NCBI GenBank assembly: GCA_010909165.1
Contig: VJWM01000025.1
Coordinates: 2,294,001 to 2,358,000, forward strand
Length of the DNA: 64,000 bases
Source: Anthoceros angustus
Taxonomy: Eukaryota; Plantae; Anthocerotophyta
Reading direction: 5' to 3'
The notes under the pieces were generated by a model. The model was not told the DNA's origin and ran no database searches. It saw nothing but the letters and a program-made list of their open reading frames with translations. Positions 10,793 through 23,990 of the stretch are shown here, piece after piece (position 1 is the stretch's first letter; each line of letters opens with the position of its first letter). The position numbers were made by a program, and so were the translations under genes.

Positions 10793-13755
10793 ATGCCAAC
10801 TATGGAGCTGTTGCGAGTGCCGTGTGTCCCTGATGTCCAAGCATCAGGTAGTCTACACGGCGTGTCTGCCTTGCACCAGCAGTTTCAGGATTCCTACTGC
10901 AGATGGCCCCCCTCCACTTCCCGGGCAGCCTTGTCCTTAAGCTCGGTTCAGGTGTGCACGCCTGCACCCAAATGCAGGACGGTCAGGGCCTCTTGGACAC
11001 ACCAGCCTCACCGGAAAGATGCTTCTCTCCTATCAGGCGTGGGAGTAAATTTTGTAGAAGGTGGATGGATGCACCAGCACCAGTCTGCTGGTCGGGCCAG
11101 CAAGCTCTGCAGCCAAGCATTCGCCCAACGACCTGAAGGCTTTGGGAACAGGTGAACTTGGAGTCTGTGCTTTGTTAAATCTTTCAGTCTGGATATTAAG
11201 GTAGTGAACCTGAAGGGCCTCATATTGATGGTGCAGACAGGGGAAGCAGGGTGAGAAGCGGGGCAAGTATGAGGAAAGGTCTGCTCGTGATCACCGAAGG
11301 ACGGCTGGGAATGTGGCATCAGTCATGTATGAAATTGTCTGCTCATGAGAGATATGGCTTGCCAAATGCTGGAAGTGGAGGGTAGTCCTAACGTGGGTTG
11401 TCGGCACTGTGTTTCAGTGATGCCGGCTCGGGGCCTGAGAGGCGATCATACAGTGCTGTTGAGGTGCTGGATCAAGATTCGGATGACGAGTTTGACGATG
11501 TCGAAGACAAACTGAGACGGTTTGCAGCAGCCATGGCGAAGAATGACGGCCCCACGGCCCAGGAAATTTTGGAAGACATGAGGTGTGTAGAGTCATATTG
11601 TATCAATGTTACGTGTACTGAGGAAGGGCCACGCCAGCTCTTTAGAGTAATTCCTGTTTTTGCGGGAAGGTTGATGATTGTTGGGATTGGTTGCCCTCGC
11701 AGGGGCTCCTTCTCTACAGAGGAATTGCGAGACATTGAGGACATGGTCGACAACACCAATGAGTTAGAAGCAGAGCTGCAGCAACTCTCAGATACAGTTC
11801 TAAAAATGATTGACGAGGGTGATGAAGAAACAGCACGTGCTTTGCTCGAGGCTAATTACGAGGCTGTGTTAGAGCAGTTGGAAATGGGTATCGAGGGTGT
11901 GGAGCAGGCAGCTATGCTGGACACGTTGGCTCAGTTGCGCATGAATCTTCGTGATTTAGAAGGCATCGAAGATCTGCTTGACCAGGTGCACTGCTGTTAT
12001 GCTTTGATGTGAGAGTCTTTCTTGGTGAGCCAACTGCTTGTGGCACGTACTTTTACAACTTCTGACTGTCATGTATAAGCAGATCAAGCAACTGATGGAC
12101 AAAGTAGACTCAGGCCCGGGCCCTGATCCTATGGTTGACACCATTTTGGACGACCTTGCCAGCATGTACACAGCTATTGGAAGGCCGGAAGATGCATTGC
12201 CACTTTTCAGACGAAGCCTTGAGATTCAAGAAGACTTATTGGGTGAGCTGAAATATGCAGGCTCTTTCGTTTCTATTGTAAGTCAGAGGAAGACACTGTT
12301 TTTGACAAATTTGAAACAGACTGTAGTGTCGAGGTGTTAAGGCTGTAAACCAGAAGCTATCACACCGGAAGTGACTCGCTCTGTCATTTGCAGGCAATGA
12401 TAGTCCTCTCTTGGTGAAAACACTTCTGGGATTAGCCGCTACTTACCAGGAAATTGAAGCAGGAAACAAAAGCATAGAAGTGTATAGGAGAGCCCTGTCC
12501 ATATTGGAGAAGCACAGTGGCCCAGAAGACGAATCTCTGACAATTCCCTTGACTCATCTCGGTAACGTCTGTTTAGAAGCTGGCAAAGTGGACGAAGCTG
12601 AGGTCTCCATGCGCAGGTCCCTCAAATAGCTTGTTATGCTGCTGTTCAGTGACAGCTGATGTATCTGTATTAACTAGTCTATTGTTTGCAGAGCCCTAGA
12701 CATTGTGACCAAGCTGTATGGGGAAGGGGATGGACGTGTTGGAATAGCAACTTGTGCGCTGGCCAAAGCGAAGTGTGCCAAAGGTAGCCAGTGCTGTTCA
12801 GTTTTACCATCGTCTTTGTGCAGATGGTAGAGTTTCTGAAAGGTGGTGCTTTTGCAGGGCAAGTTGACGAAGCTATCCCTTTGTTTAGAAAGGGCTTGGG
12901 TATGTTAAAGGGGTCTTCTTCTCTTGAAGATCCAGCAGTGGAGACAGTCAGGACTGATCTAGCTGAACTTCTCAACTATCTAGGAAGGTAACTTCTTGAT
13001 TCCTGATTTCTTGTTGTGATGTCTGTGGCGCACGGAGTGTTTTTGGATGCAATTTTTCAGTGTGCCCAAGCATTGAGCTTGCTAGTAGTCTGCTGTTAAA
13101 TGCAGGGATGATGAAGCACAGAAGCTGTGGGCTGAAAATCTAGAAGCCTGTGAACAACGTTTTGGCCCTGATGATTCACGTGTTGTACCACACCTTCAAA
13201 ATCTAGCAACTTCATACGCCAATTCTGGCGACTTTGAAAAATGTGTGCCCTTGCTTGAAAGGTCAGTGAAGCTGGTTGGCGATTGTTTTGGCTCAAATTC
13301 GCCAGAAAGTTCTGTACCTCTAGAGTTCCTGGCCACTGCGCTTCATCATCTCGAAAGGGATAAGGAAGCTGAGTCCATTGCGCGGAAGGCTTTGCAAATT
13401 CGTGAGAGTGCTTTTGGGAAGCACGACCCAGCAGTGGGTAAGCACCCTGCCAGTCATTAGCTTTCCGATTTCTTCTCAGCATATGCTCATTCTGATGCAG
13501 CGGTGTATTTCAGGTGAATCTTGCAATTGTCTTGCTTCAATACTTCACTCTATGGGCAGAAACAGTGAAGCAGAATCTCTTATGAGAAGGGTCTTGGCCA
13601 TTCAGGAGAAGGAACTGGGCCATGATACCCCAGAGATTGGTCTGACTTTGGAATTGCTGATCATGTTACTGGATAGTCAAGAAAAGTTTGCTGAGATTGA
13701 GCCACTCTTGCAAAGGGTACGAAGGATCCACATGCAGGCTGGCGCTGAATTATGA
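10793..13755 (+). CDS. Multi-exon TPR protein (kinesin-light-chain-like TPR), probably plastid-targeted; resembles Arabidopsis At5g53080/WTG1 from memory
   Basis: Spliced frame LEANYEAVLEQLEMGIEGVEQAAMLD...GDGRVGIATCALAKAKCAKG...VRTDLAELLNYLGR...RKALQIRESAFG...RRVLAIQEKELG. GT-AG introns, with acceptors near 11702, 12393, 12691, 12857, 13105 and 13513. The 5' exon structure is uncertain. Confidence 0.88.
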
Positions 13756-14259
13756 AAAAGAAGTGAACGCAGTCTTGTCAAGTCGTTGTAAAAGCACAGC
13801 GCAATGGCTGTCGTCAGGTGGCAGGTCAGTTCAGTGTGAACCCGCAAAACAGTGAGAGATATGGTTAAGGAAGAGCTGGGCTATGCTGCTAGATAGCACA
13901 ACGTGTGCTGTAGATGCGAGTGGTTCAACCCCCGAGCTTCTGGTCAGCCGGATGCTATGTGTTTTCAATGGTGAATGTGGGTCGAAGATATGTCTGGCAT
14001 ATGTTCTCTTCTGCTCACAGTCCTGATAGTGAGTGAGGTGGAAGAAACTATGGTACTCTGTTACTTTGCGAGCTCTTCATACCGGGCTTTGCCACCCTGT
14101 TGTCTTTCTATAGTTTGCACTACCAGAGGTCTGCCTGTGTGCAGAAGCCTACATTCATTTCACAGGCTTCTTGAACTTTTCTAAATCATATAGCCAAAAG
14201 CAAGGCTCTGTACAGGGCTTATTGCATTATTGTATGTACAAAGAGGACGGAAAGGAATA

Positions 14260-17200
14260 TCAGTTTTCTTTCTCAAAATGTGCAAACGATGGAGGTGTGC
14301 CAGGGGCTATACAAGCAGCACCTCTTTCTCCAGCATGAATGCACAAAGCCTCTGCGTCCCGCAAAGTAGATTCCAAATCAATGTGCCCGCTCAATTCGTT
14401 GATAAACTTCAACAAAGTGTCAAATTCCATCTGTTCATCCATGATTTTCCTTCGGTGACGTTTCAATAAGGCCACACACATGTAAAGGTGAAAGTGTTCT
14501 GTCAGGTGCCGGCTCCAGAGTACTTCCCAAAGCCGCAGGACATTCTGATATTCAAACTCCCTGCGAGAAAAACAATCAGCCACTCGAGGGTCCATCATGC
14601 ACTGCTGCCCCAAAACCAGCATTCTTTAGCGTACCTTTTGAATTGAATAAGGATCCATCGAAAACAAAAAAAGTAATTGAGACAATCCACTTGATGGAAG
14701 TAGCTATGCAGCGGTGCATCCAATAGCTGCACCAACTGCAAAGACCCAAATCGAAGTCAGCAAAATTAGCTAGCCAGATGCACAGGAGACAAAAACAGAA
14801 GCCAAGACCAAACCTTGGAGAGAGCCAACAGCTGTGAGTGCATTCCAGTCTGATCGCGGTGGAAGTTAGGGGCCAGACGTTCCATCAAGGATGCAAAGCA
14901 CCAAAAAGACTCTGACTCATCCTCCATAACATATAATATAGGAGACAGAAGGTCACTCATGCCCTGTATATGAAGACAGTGCAATGGGGTTATGGCATGC
15001 AGTACAGGAGGCAAAGAGTCACTCATGCATTGTAGCAAAAGGCAATGCCATGGGTCATGATCAAGCAGCCTACTCTAAATACTGATATGTCCAACAAGGA
15101 GTATCGCAGATATGCAAGCTCACTTGACAGTATCCCAAATCAAAGTTGTAGAATGAATATGTAATCAGAATGTTGCGAAGTAATATGACGTTGGGATTGT
15201 CATCTCCATCATAAAAGCTCAATGTACGGTCTGTCCGCACCTACATGGCAGCTTGTGCTTAGAACTTGCAGATTGATCACAAACAGAAGATGCCATGCAG
15301 CAGAAGGCTATGAGAAGTCATTTACCACATCTTTCTCAACACGACTCTTCCTCTCACGGAACTTGGCAAAGCGCTTAGCTTGCTCTTCTGTGACGCTCTG
15401 CATCCAACGCATCTTAAGGGACCTAACAACTTACAAAACCTACCCTCAGCAGCAAAGAGAACTTTACATAGATGTTTCGTCACACCTGCCATTGAGACTT
15501 TAATGTTTGATACTCTTCTCTTTTTTTTACCACCAGCATCTCTCTTTCCTTGGAAGTACTAGCATCGGAAAAATACCCCAGTAGAAACTTCCAAACCTGC
15601 CATGCCGTGCACATAAAAGAACTCAAGTATGTCCTGAGTATGAACCAACACGAAGACTGTGATCAGCTTTTCCTAGCCCATTACATACGTCACAAGGTCA
15701 ATCACCTCAGGTCTTAAGCTGGACTCGATGCCACCATAGAAAATTCTCTTCCTCAGCGCTTTCTCATCAACAACTCGGCCTTCATTATCCAAAAATGTAG
15801 CCCACTGCCGATTACAATAACACTCCACATTAGATAGACGACTGATACATTGGAGATGGCACACAAGTAGCGGCCACAAACACACCTCTTCAGCTCCCAA
15901 AGGTGGGGGCCTTGCTCGCCCCCAAACCAGTGCCGGTGGTTCAACCTATAAAACTCCAACAGATCTCTCTTAGCTCCCAACAAGTTAAGCCACTACATGT
16001 TTAGACACCTTTAACATTGTTCCCTATAAAACCAGCATGAGGAGATACCAATAAGCATATCTTACACTCGCAGGCAAGGGAATGCCCAGATCTCCCATTT
16101 GCAAGAGGTTGGTTTTGGAGGGTAGTACCTGCAAACCGTCCACAAGCTCAAAACTCCCTACATTAGTAGACGCCTCCTCATCTGGTCCTGTCACCTGAAC
16201 TTGCTGTCCCTGTGTTTGACACTACAACATGTTTACTATTTCATTTCACCACAGCCATCAACCGACCTTTGCGACCAGACTCCTGGTCTAAGTACGATCA
16301 CAGCTAGTATTTTCATCCACCAGAGCCCCTGAGCATACTTCTAACCAATCAGGCTTCAAAAGGACTTCTATCGACACCACTCTATTAGCCTTACATTGAA
16401 CTCAAAGTAACAGTCAGGAGTGTTGCTACCTGGCCAACTTCTTCACGCGCTTCATCCAATGCAATGTTCGAAGTTCGTTCGGCAAGGTCTGCTACCTGCG
16501 GCTTTGCCCAGGTCACTTTTTGGGATGGAGCAGTCGGCCTTCGGGCCGGAACCAAACCCACATCATTGTCAGAGGGAAGCAGACGACCATCGCCAAAAAT
16601 ATCCCGAGCAAACTTTGTAACCAGGGAGAATTTTTCCAAGACTTGAATTGAGATGTCACGAACAGAATCTCCAGGTTTCTGTGCGGAGTGAACAGAAGTA
16701 TCAGTCTGGTGATCATCATCCCCCTCGGACACCGCAGCTGGAGTGGGAATCAGCGGCCAAGGGTCTCCTTCTGTTTTTGATGATTCATTGCCCAACACTG
16801 GCCCCTCTGTGAGCTCCAACGAAGTCAAGCTCCTCTGCAAACATCAGCAGCATAGTGAACTCGGATGGCAAGAAGACAACTTAAAAGTCTCAAGGGGCTG
16901 AACATAAATCAGCTCTGCATATACCTGAAGAGGATCCTGTACATCGTTCACAAGATAGACATTGGAATCCTCGGAGGACCTGCCATTTGTTTAAAGCTCA
17001 CCTCGTTCAAGTTCATCATTCAACCAATCCGACAACAAATACTGAATTTTCACCCCATGTAACAATCCTTACTTGACAAGAAGAGCATGCTCACGCAGCA
17101 CACTTAGGAACTCCCGAACACCCCCACTGTGAAAATACAGCGGCGGAAATGCAAGTCCTGCGTAGCCACATGCACACCTCAGTGAAAGGGAAAAATCCTA

Positions 17201-18048
17201 AAGGGTGGAGAGCAATAGTATCCAAAAGTAGACATTCTTCAGCATTTTGTGTTAAAGCACCGAAAACCCTTACCATTGGTCAACACAATGATGACATACT
17301 GCCACCCAAGAGGTGGTGTATGTTTGCGAATGGATCTCATCTCTGAAAGAGAAACAGCCCGAATTGTGTACAAATTCCTACCTGATAATGAGTCAGAGCA
17401 TCACATCATTAGAGGCACAGGAAGCTGAGGGGAAGGCACGGCGTCCCACGAGAACAACCAACCATCTTTCTGCTTCAGTACAAGACCCTACCCTTCTCAG
17501 AACCCTTCCCCGCACCCTTAGGCATGACTATCGACTCATCCTTAGAAACACCTCCCTTGACGTACGGGATCCAAGTCTGCAGCAAGCCGGAGGACAGACT
17601 CAAAACCCATGAGGTCACATCAATCCTGATCTGCTTTTACTTGTGCGAAGTATTAACATGCAAATTTGCTTCGATGCGAGCTCTGTGATAGGAGACTAAC
17701 CAGGAACAGGGAAGTTCCCTGCTTGACAAGCCGCAGGCGGCCTTTGATGCGTTCATTGGCATACTGCGTGGGGTGGACCCATACGTTATCCTTGAAAAAC
17801 ACCAGCTCATACAACTCCATCCCAGCACTGGTGCTTGCCTTCTTCGCATTCTCCTGCCAATCGAAGCAAGACTCTCGTCAAACTTAAACAGCGCGTCGAG
17901 CTCCACCACTCCTTCCATCCCTTCTCCCTCACGAACCTGCGGCACCTGGTGCCTATGTACTCTAACAATGCAACTCCGACATGGCTCAAGCCACAAAACC
18001 CTGAACCAGAGAAAGACCATATGCTTTGCGTACCTCCTCGGACGCCAT
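14260..18048 (-). CDS. TBC-domain Rab GTPase-activating protein (TBC1D15/Gyp7-like)
   Basis: Exon MASEE (18048-18034), then LVFFKDNVWVHPTQYANERIKGRLRLVKQG, GLAFPPLYFHSGGVREFL, VNDVQDPLQRSLTSLEL, QVLEKFSLVTKFARD, QGMSDLLSPILYVMEDESESFWCF, REFEYQNVLRLWEVLWS. Confidence 0.95.
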
Positions 18049-19529
18049 CACGATGAGCCCAGGCCAGATCCGAGACAGCTTGCTTCAAGATGGTTTTCAC
18101 AAGACCTAAATACAATTAGTCTAGTGTAGATCGTCTAGATTGTTTGGAGAAAACGTGGCTTCCAAACACCGGCTGTCCGGCCCCGCCTTACGCGTCTGCC
18201 TCCTCCGGTATGTGAGCTCTCAGGAACCCATCCTATGTACATGCCTTGGCCTTATCTCACCAAATTCTTGTGATAGCTGTTGTATTTGCAATGCGTGCTG
18301 GAGCAGCCTTGACCGTCTACCAGTTAATAACAGGCTGCTTCGTAAACCGAATTAGTGATGTTAATTGTCTTCTCGTCCTGCATTCCATCGTTGGCAGCTT
18401 GTGGAACAGACGATCCGAGGTTGCCTCGTCACTCTTGCCTGCAGCTCAGTGCTGTTATGCGATGTGGCTCGTACTCGTCTGCTTCCTTCAGATGGTCTAC
18501 TTATCACAGCTGACGACTTCGCGTCAAAATCTGGCCGCCCTGCCTGTGCTTCAAACCAAATCTTTCTGACTTGCTCGATCTGCGCCGAGGATTGTGTTGG
18601 TAGCGTCAGAAGCACATTTTCCGTTTTCGCTTCCTGGCGTGGAAATCTGGTTCGTCGCATGTGCTAAGTTGCATAGGATATTCTATGGTCGATTTATCAT
18701 GTTTCAGCACCGTTTGTTATGTCTGGATATCGGCTTCTTTTTTTTCTCTTTTGGCCACACTTCGTCTTTTTAGGATATCGGCTTCGTCTACGGTGTTAGT
18801 TGTTGTTGTGTTTGTTGTGGACCTATGCACCTGGACCATTGCGGACTGCCTATTCCTTAAATCGATGTGAGTAATTTCTTTAAGCTGATGTCTGTAGTTC
18901 AATTTATCAAATTTTGTAAACTGAACGATGTGCCCTTGAAAGGATGTCCAAAGTTCAGCTCATCGCGTGCCAATTGGATTAGTTCAGTTTTGATTTGAAC
19001 GGTTCACTTTGAAAATTCAGGTGAACTAGTTAGCAAAATGTGGCTTCCTAAATAGGTGCATAGAATTGAATTAGAAAAAATAAATAAAAAGTAAAACAGA
19101 TATAAGTGAATTGGTGAAAAAAAACGGAAAGAAAAGTGCATATAAGTGACTAGTGAATCTAGATTATAAGATATAACTTTTCTTAGTTCAATTCCATCAA
19201 ACTACGCGTTCAGTTCAGCTGTTGAAATGGTAGAAACCCAACTGGCAGTTTATCATTAGTTAAAACCGAACTCAACTATACACAATAACTAATACTACAT
19301 AGAGAAAACAGTTAAACTCATCAAAAATTGATGAACTACGGCTATGAACTGTGAATTGTACAAATCGAATTATATACGCCTTCAAAAAGGCAAGCGTGAA
19401 CTGAATGATAATATTAATTTTCGTTACATCATTTGAATTTTGTTTTACTCGGCACTGTTTCATTGGCCATGTTCCCTAAGCATTTCATAGACGTTTTCCT
19501 GCCCAAATTATCGCTTTTGAGCATAGCTT

Positions 19530-19740
19530 AACTTGGGCTTGGTAAGCGAATATATGTGACTTAGGCTTGGTGAGTAAGTGTTTGCGACTTGGGTGCCAAG
19601 GCCTTGGTGGGCGAGTGTTTGCGACTTGGGTGTCTTGGGTTTGGTGGGCGAGTGTCTACGACTTGGGTGTCATTATGGTTGTCTTAGGGTTATAGCTTGG
19701 GCTTGGTGAATGAGTGTCTACAACAATTGGGTGTCGTTAT
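19530..19740. repeat. Degenerate tandem repeats of about 37 bp
   Basis: Recurrent CTTGGTGGGCGAGTGT(T/C)T(G/A)CGACTTGGGTG. Confidence 0.7.
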
Positions 19741-19949
19741 GAGTGGGTTGTAGTTCTATGAACTAGCCAATGAAAATCGCTTTGATTGTCAAATGCCAAA
19801 GATTTAACCACAAAAGCATAGAGTCACTAACAACCTAAAACATTCATGTAGTTGATGTCTTGAACTTGAGAGAGACGCTAATAGGCCTTGGTGAGAGCAT
19901 TACCCTTCGCATTAGTGAGTTGGAAGAGCAAGACCACAATTTTGCCAAT

Positions 19950-22200
19950 CTAACACGAGCAGGAACCCACAACCCTAATCGATAGCTTAGAACTTAATTC
20001 TGCCAAATGTATGAGTCGCTTATTTTATAAGCACCAAGGCAAGTAGGCGGGAGTTGTTAAACGACACGCAATAAGACAATCTCAATTAAATATGCTGAGC
20101 AATAGCTAAGAGGATAAGCGCAAGTAATATGCTTTAGGATACTCCTTACACATAATAATATATTCTTAGTATATTTTTGGTATGTGCTGATGTCAATAGG
20201 ATATCTTAAGAATATGCCGATGCCAAGGGGTAGTATATGCAAACCATTCTACAGAGAACAAGCTCATATCATAGCTTGTTCTCTAGATATGCATTATAAG
20301 AGTGTTGTGAGGAGGCCAAAGCTATGATTCCGAGAGCAATGTGTTAGGAATTTGCATTGTTCTTGTGGGGAGCGTGTGTTTGTGTCATGACGTAGGAGCT
20401 ACTCTCTCCCATTGTTACAAGCTATAGTATCTTATGTACGCTAGATAGGCGTGCTAGGATTGATAAGCTTGCTAGGCAAGTTAAGCGATGGCAAGCCACG
20501 CAAGGCTTAGTGTACTAGGCATACTAGGTGTGCTAAGTGTGCTAGGCGTACTAGGTGTGCTAAGTGTGCTAGGCGTACTAGGTGTGCTAAGTGTGCTAGG
20601 CGTACTAGGTGTGCTAAGTGTGCTAGGCGACTAGGTGTGCTAAGTGTGCTGGCGTGCTAGGTGTGCTAAGTGTGCTAGGCGACTAGGTGTGCTAAGTGTG
20701 CTAGGCGTACTAGGTGTGCTAAGTGTGCTAGGCGTACTAGGTGTGCTAAGTGTGCTAGGCGTACTAGGTGTGCTAAGTGTGCTAGGCGTACTAGGTGTGC
20801 TAAGTGTGTTAGGCGTACTAGGTGTGCTAAGTGTGCTAGGCGTACTTATGTGATGTTAGGCTTGCTAACATGATGTTAAGCTATGCTTAGCTCGTTAAGC
20901 AAACTAGGGACCCTTTGAAGCCAAGGTGGAGCTTGAAGAGTGTACCCAATGTTTGGGGGCAAGAGAGAGTCACCTGAAGAGGCCCAAGTCCCAAGGCTTG
21001 AGGCTAAGAGAGAGGACTAAGACCAAATGAGGGGTCTAAGCCCTAAGGCTTGAGGCCAAGAAAGGAGTTTGAAGGCAGAAGGCCAAAGAAGAACAAAGAA
21101 GAGAAGCCCAAGTTCCAAGGAGAGGAATGAGACTTTCCCAAGGGAGATTGGTCTTTTAAGGCCAACCAACCAAGGGAGAAAGAAGAGTAAAATACTCTTG
21201 GGCGCTTGAAAGTCGGATTTCAAGGCGGTAAAGAAGGAAGGGATAGTGTTTGGTGAATTATCTGATTATTGATAAAGGTTATCCACTCAAAACTCTAGCA
21301 TCTTGGCACCCCATCCCAGCACTGACCTGTGCATAGTACCTGAGATGCTTATTTACAAAGTTCTTACTATAATGGTAACCAACTCATCCATCTCGACTAT
21401 TTGCACAACCAAAGGAGAAGGAAGAGTATTTAAGTGGTGTTTAGGCACGCAACCCATAGATACTTAGAGGTTTCACTCACCACGATCTAAGCGAGCGAAG
21501 TGTGTAAACCTTGATTGAGCATTGTGACGCAGCCACTAACCACCTTGGAGTGCATGCTTGGACATACTCGATCCGGACATAGCTACCAACCAACCAGTCC
21601 ATCTTCAAAGTCCTAACTAAGTGAGAGAAGTACAAACACCTCAATTTTGGTACCAGCGAGGGACGTAGAGGAACCTAGCGACTCAATCAACCATCTTTGA
21701 AGGATCTATGAGTACGAACACACAAAACACGTCGGTGCCGTCGGGACAACTCAGCGGAAGCGATAGCGAAGAGGACTTGTCTCTAGGAGTCGTTAAGGAT
21801 TAAATGGAGTTGTTCACGAGACGAGCGGGCACTAGAGGACTTCGTCGAGAAGTACGATGCAGTGTGTGGGAAGATGGAATTCAAGATCGGATACACGAAG
21901 CGATACGAATTCATTCAAATGTCGGAGTACTTGGAGGACGAAGCATTGGCGTGCTATCTGGAGCAAAAGATGAGGTTATAGAGCGGCACATCTCGAGAAC
22001 CACCGATGGTTCGAGCTCGTAACCAAGACACCTATAGTCGGGCGGTACATCGTATGGGAACAAAAAGCGGCATGAACTAGTGCAGCCAGAGCAGTGGTAC
22101 CAAGTGCGCAAGATCCCATCGAAGGGATGTTTGACTTGTGCCGCCTGGAGTTTCCCGCAAGCACAGATGAGAAGATCTCCAAGATAACACACTTCAAGCT
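19950..22200 (+). mobile_element. Degenerate LTR retrotransposon (Ty3/Gypsy-like): LTR-like region, PBS-like site, gag remnant
   Basis: CA-ATTT-TGGTACCAGCG PBS-like site at 21648. Downstream peptide RALEDFVEKYDAVCGKMEF...QMSEYLEDEALACYLEQK resembles retrotransposon Gag. Shares a repeat with 4262-4490. Boundaries are approximate. Confidence 0.6.
20518..20846. repeat. 27-bp minisatellite, about 12 copies
   Basis: Unit GGCGTACTAGGTGTGCTAAGTGTGCTA built from 9-bp subunits. Confidence 0.95.
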
Positions 22201-23329
22201 GAAGTTAGTCGAGATTGTGTAGGGTTTAAGTTTTCCTTCACGCCCTTCAGAGAGGCAAGAGGGCGGATTGGGGGCGGATCATCTTCGCTCGTATTGCTCA
22301 GGAGTCAAGGAAGTTGAGAACAAGAGGCCACCCCCATCAGCATTGTCCCCTATCATGCCGTGTGATACTAATCTTTGCACTTGGGTTTAGTGTTTGATTA
22401 GCATTAATTAATCTAATTAATTATCGTTAAGTAAGTAATTAGTGTTAATAATCTAATGTGCTTATGTTAATTAAGCATTGATTAGTATTAATTAAACATG
22501 GTTAGCAATAGCTAAGTGAACTGCAGTTGTTGTGGTTGTACGTGGGGTATGGCTGTATAATGTGATAGGAGTATAATGTGACCGGACGCAAATGACGTGC
22601 TCATAAAAGGTATCGATCCACCGCATCACCCTTGAGGTGGCATGGCCTAGAAAGGGCTATCCGTGTAGAAAATGGTGCATATGAAGCAGCAGTGAAACCG
22701 AACAATCGTATCAGCGGCGTCACTCGCGTGAATGCTTTTACCGGTTTACGCACAAATAGAAACCCGAGGTGATGTGGAAGGTAATCTCCCACAGGTGCGC
22801 AACTTCTCCAATCGACAAGCATCGTGTCGATTACGTCGAGATAAGGCACAAACAACAATTCCTATCGGGTCTCACCAAAATTCAAAGAATCTTTTCCATT
22901 TCATTCCTCTCCGCATCGGTATACATATGGTCTCTCACCAAATCGTCAAGCGTCTGGACAAGGTCGGTGCTGCCAGACACCATCAATCTCCCTTTGCGTG
23001 ACAGTGAGGTCAAACTTGCATGTCACCACCTGTTCAGGAGAAATAAACCTATTGTTAAACTTGTACGGTCCAAATAAACCTATTGTTAAACCTATTAAGC
23101 GCGAGAAATCTATTAAATCTACGTTGAACGTGAAAAATCGATATATCTATCTTCCATTTAAGGACTGCAATAATTCTATGAGGACCGCTAAGTGATCTTT
23201 TGATGTACATTAAGCATGTTGTGTCATAAGCTTGAAAGTATTTTATAACCAGGATTTTATAAAAATTTAAATATATATTCTAAAATAATATTAATACAGA
23301 GTTTTACACAATGGGTTTTATGCATGCGT

Positions 23330-23990
23330 TTGCCCATCCTATCTGAAGCCCCATGTTTCTCAAATATTGCAAGTGGGGCCCATCCCTTTTAGTGTCATGT
23401 TCCTCACAACATCGCAAGTAAGGACCTACAATTGTTGGTTTATTCCCCTTAAGTTCCTTGCATCTCATGGTGTGCTTAGATAGCCAGACTCTAGTGCTAT
23501 ATTTTCTCTATGGTGGAGTGTTTAACGCCCTCACGAGTCACAATATTGCACGTAAGGACCCACTATGTGCGTGGAGTGTTTAGAGCCCTCACGAGTCTCC
23601 ATATTGCAAGTAGAGACCCACTCACGTACGTTTGTATGTGCCACTAAGGTCACTTGTTCCTCACGATATAAGAAGTAGGGACCCACAAACACTTGTTTGG
23701 CACGCAAACATAGAATAGAATTCTACTTTCTCTTTCCTTACGTGGCCCACGAACATTCAGTCGTCCGACTAAGGTCGCTTATTCCTCACGATATTACATA
23801 TAGGACCCACAAAGGTTTGTTGGTCACACTATAATATAATCCACCTCTTCTCTTTCCTTACGTCAGTGCGTCATCACCCACAAACGTTTGTCCGTCACTA
23901 ACATCACCTGGTACTACTACACTTAAAAAAACATCACCTGTTACATTAATTATCGTCTTGCAAACAAGGACCCATGAGTGTTCATCACGT
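23330..23990. repeat. Degenerate dispersed motif array (transposon subterminal-like)
   Basis: About 7 copies of a CACGATATTGCAAGTAAGGACCCAC-like motif; TTCTCTTTCCTTACGT twice. Confidence 0.6.

Noticed and set aside
20644-20853. ORF of VLGVLS repeats
   Set aside because: Translation of the 27-bp minisatellite
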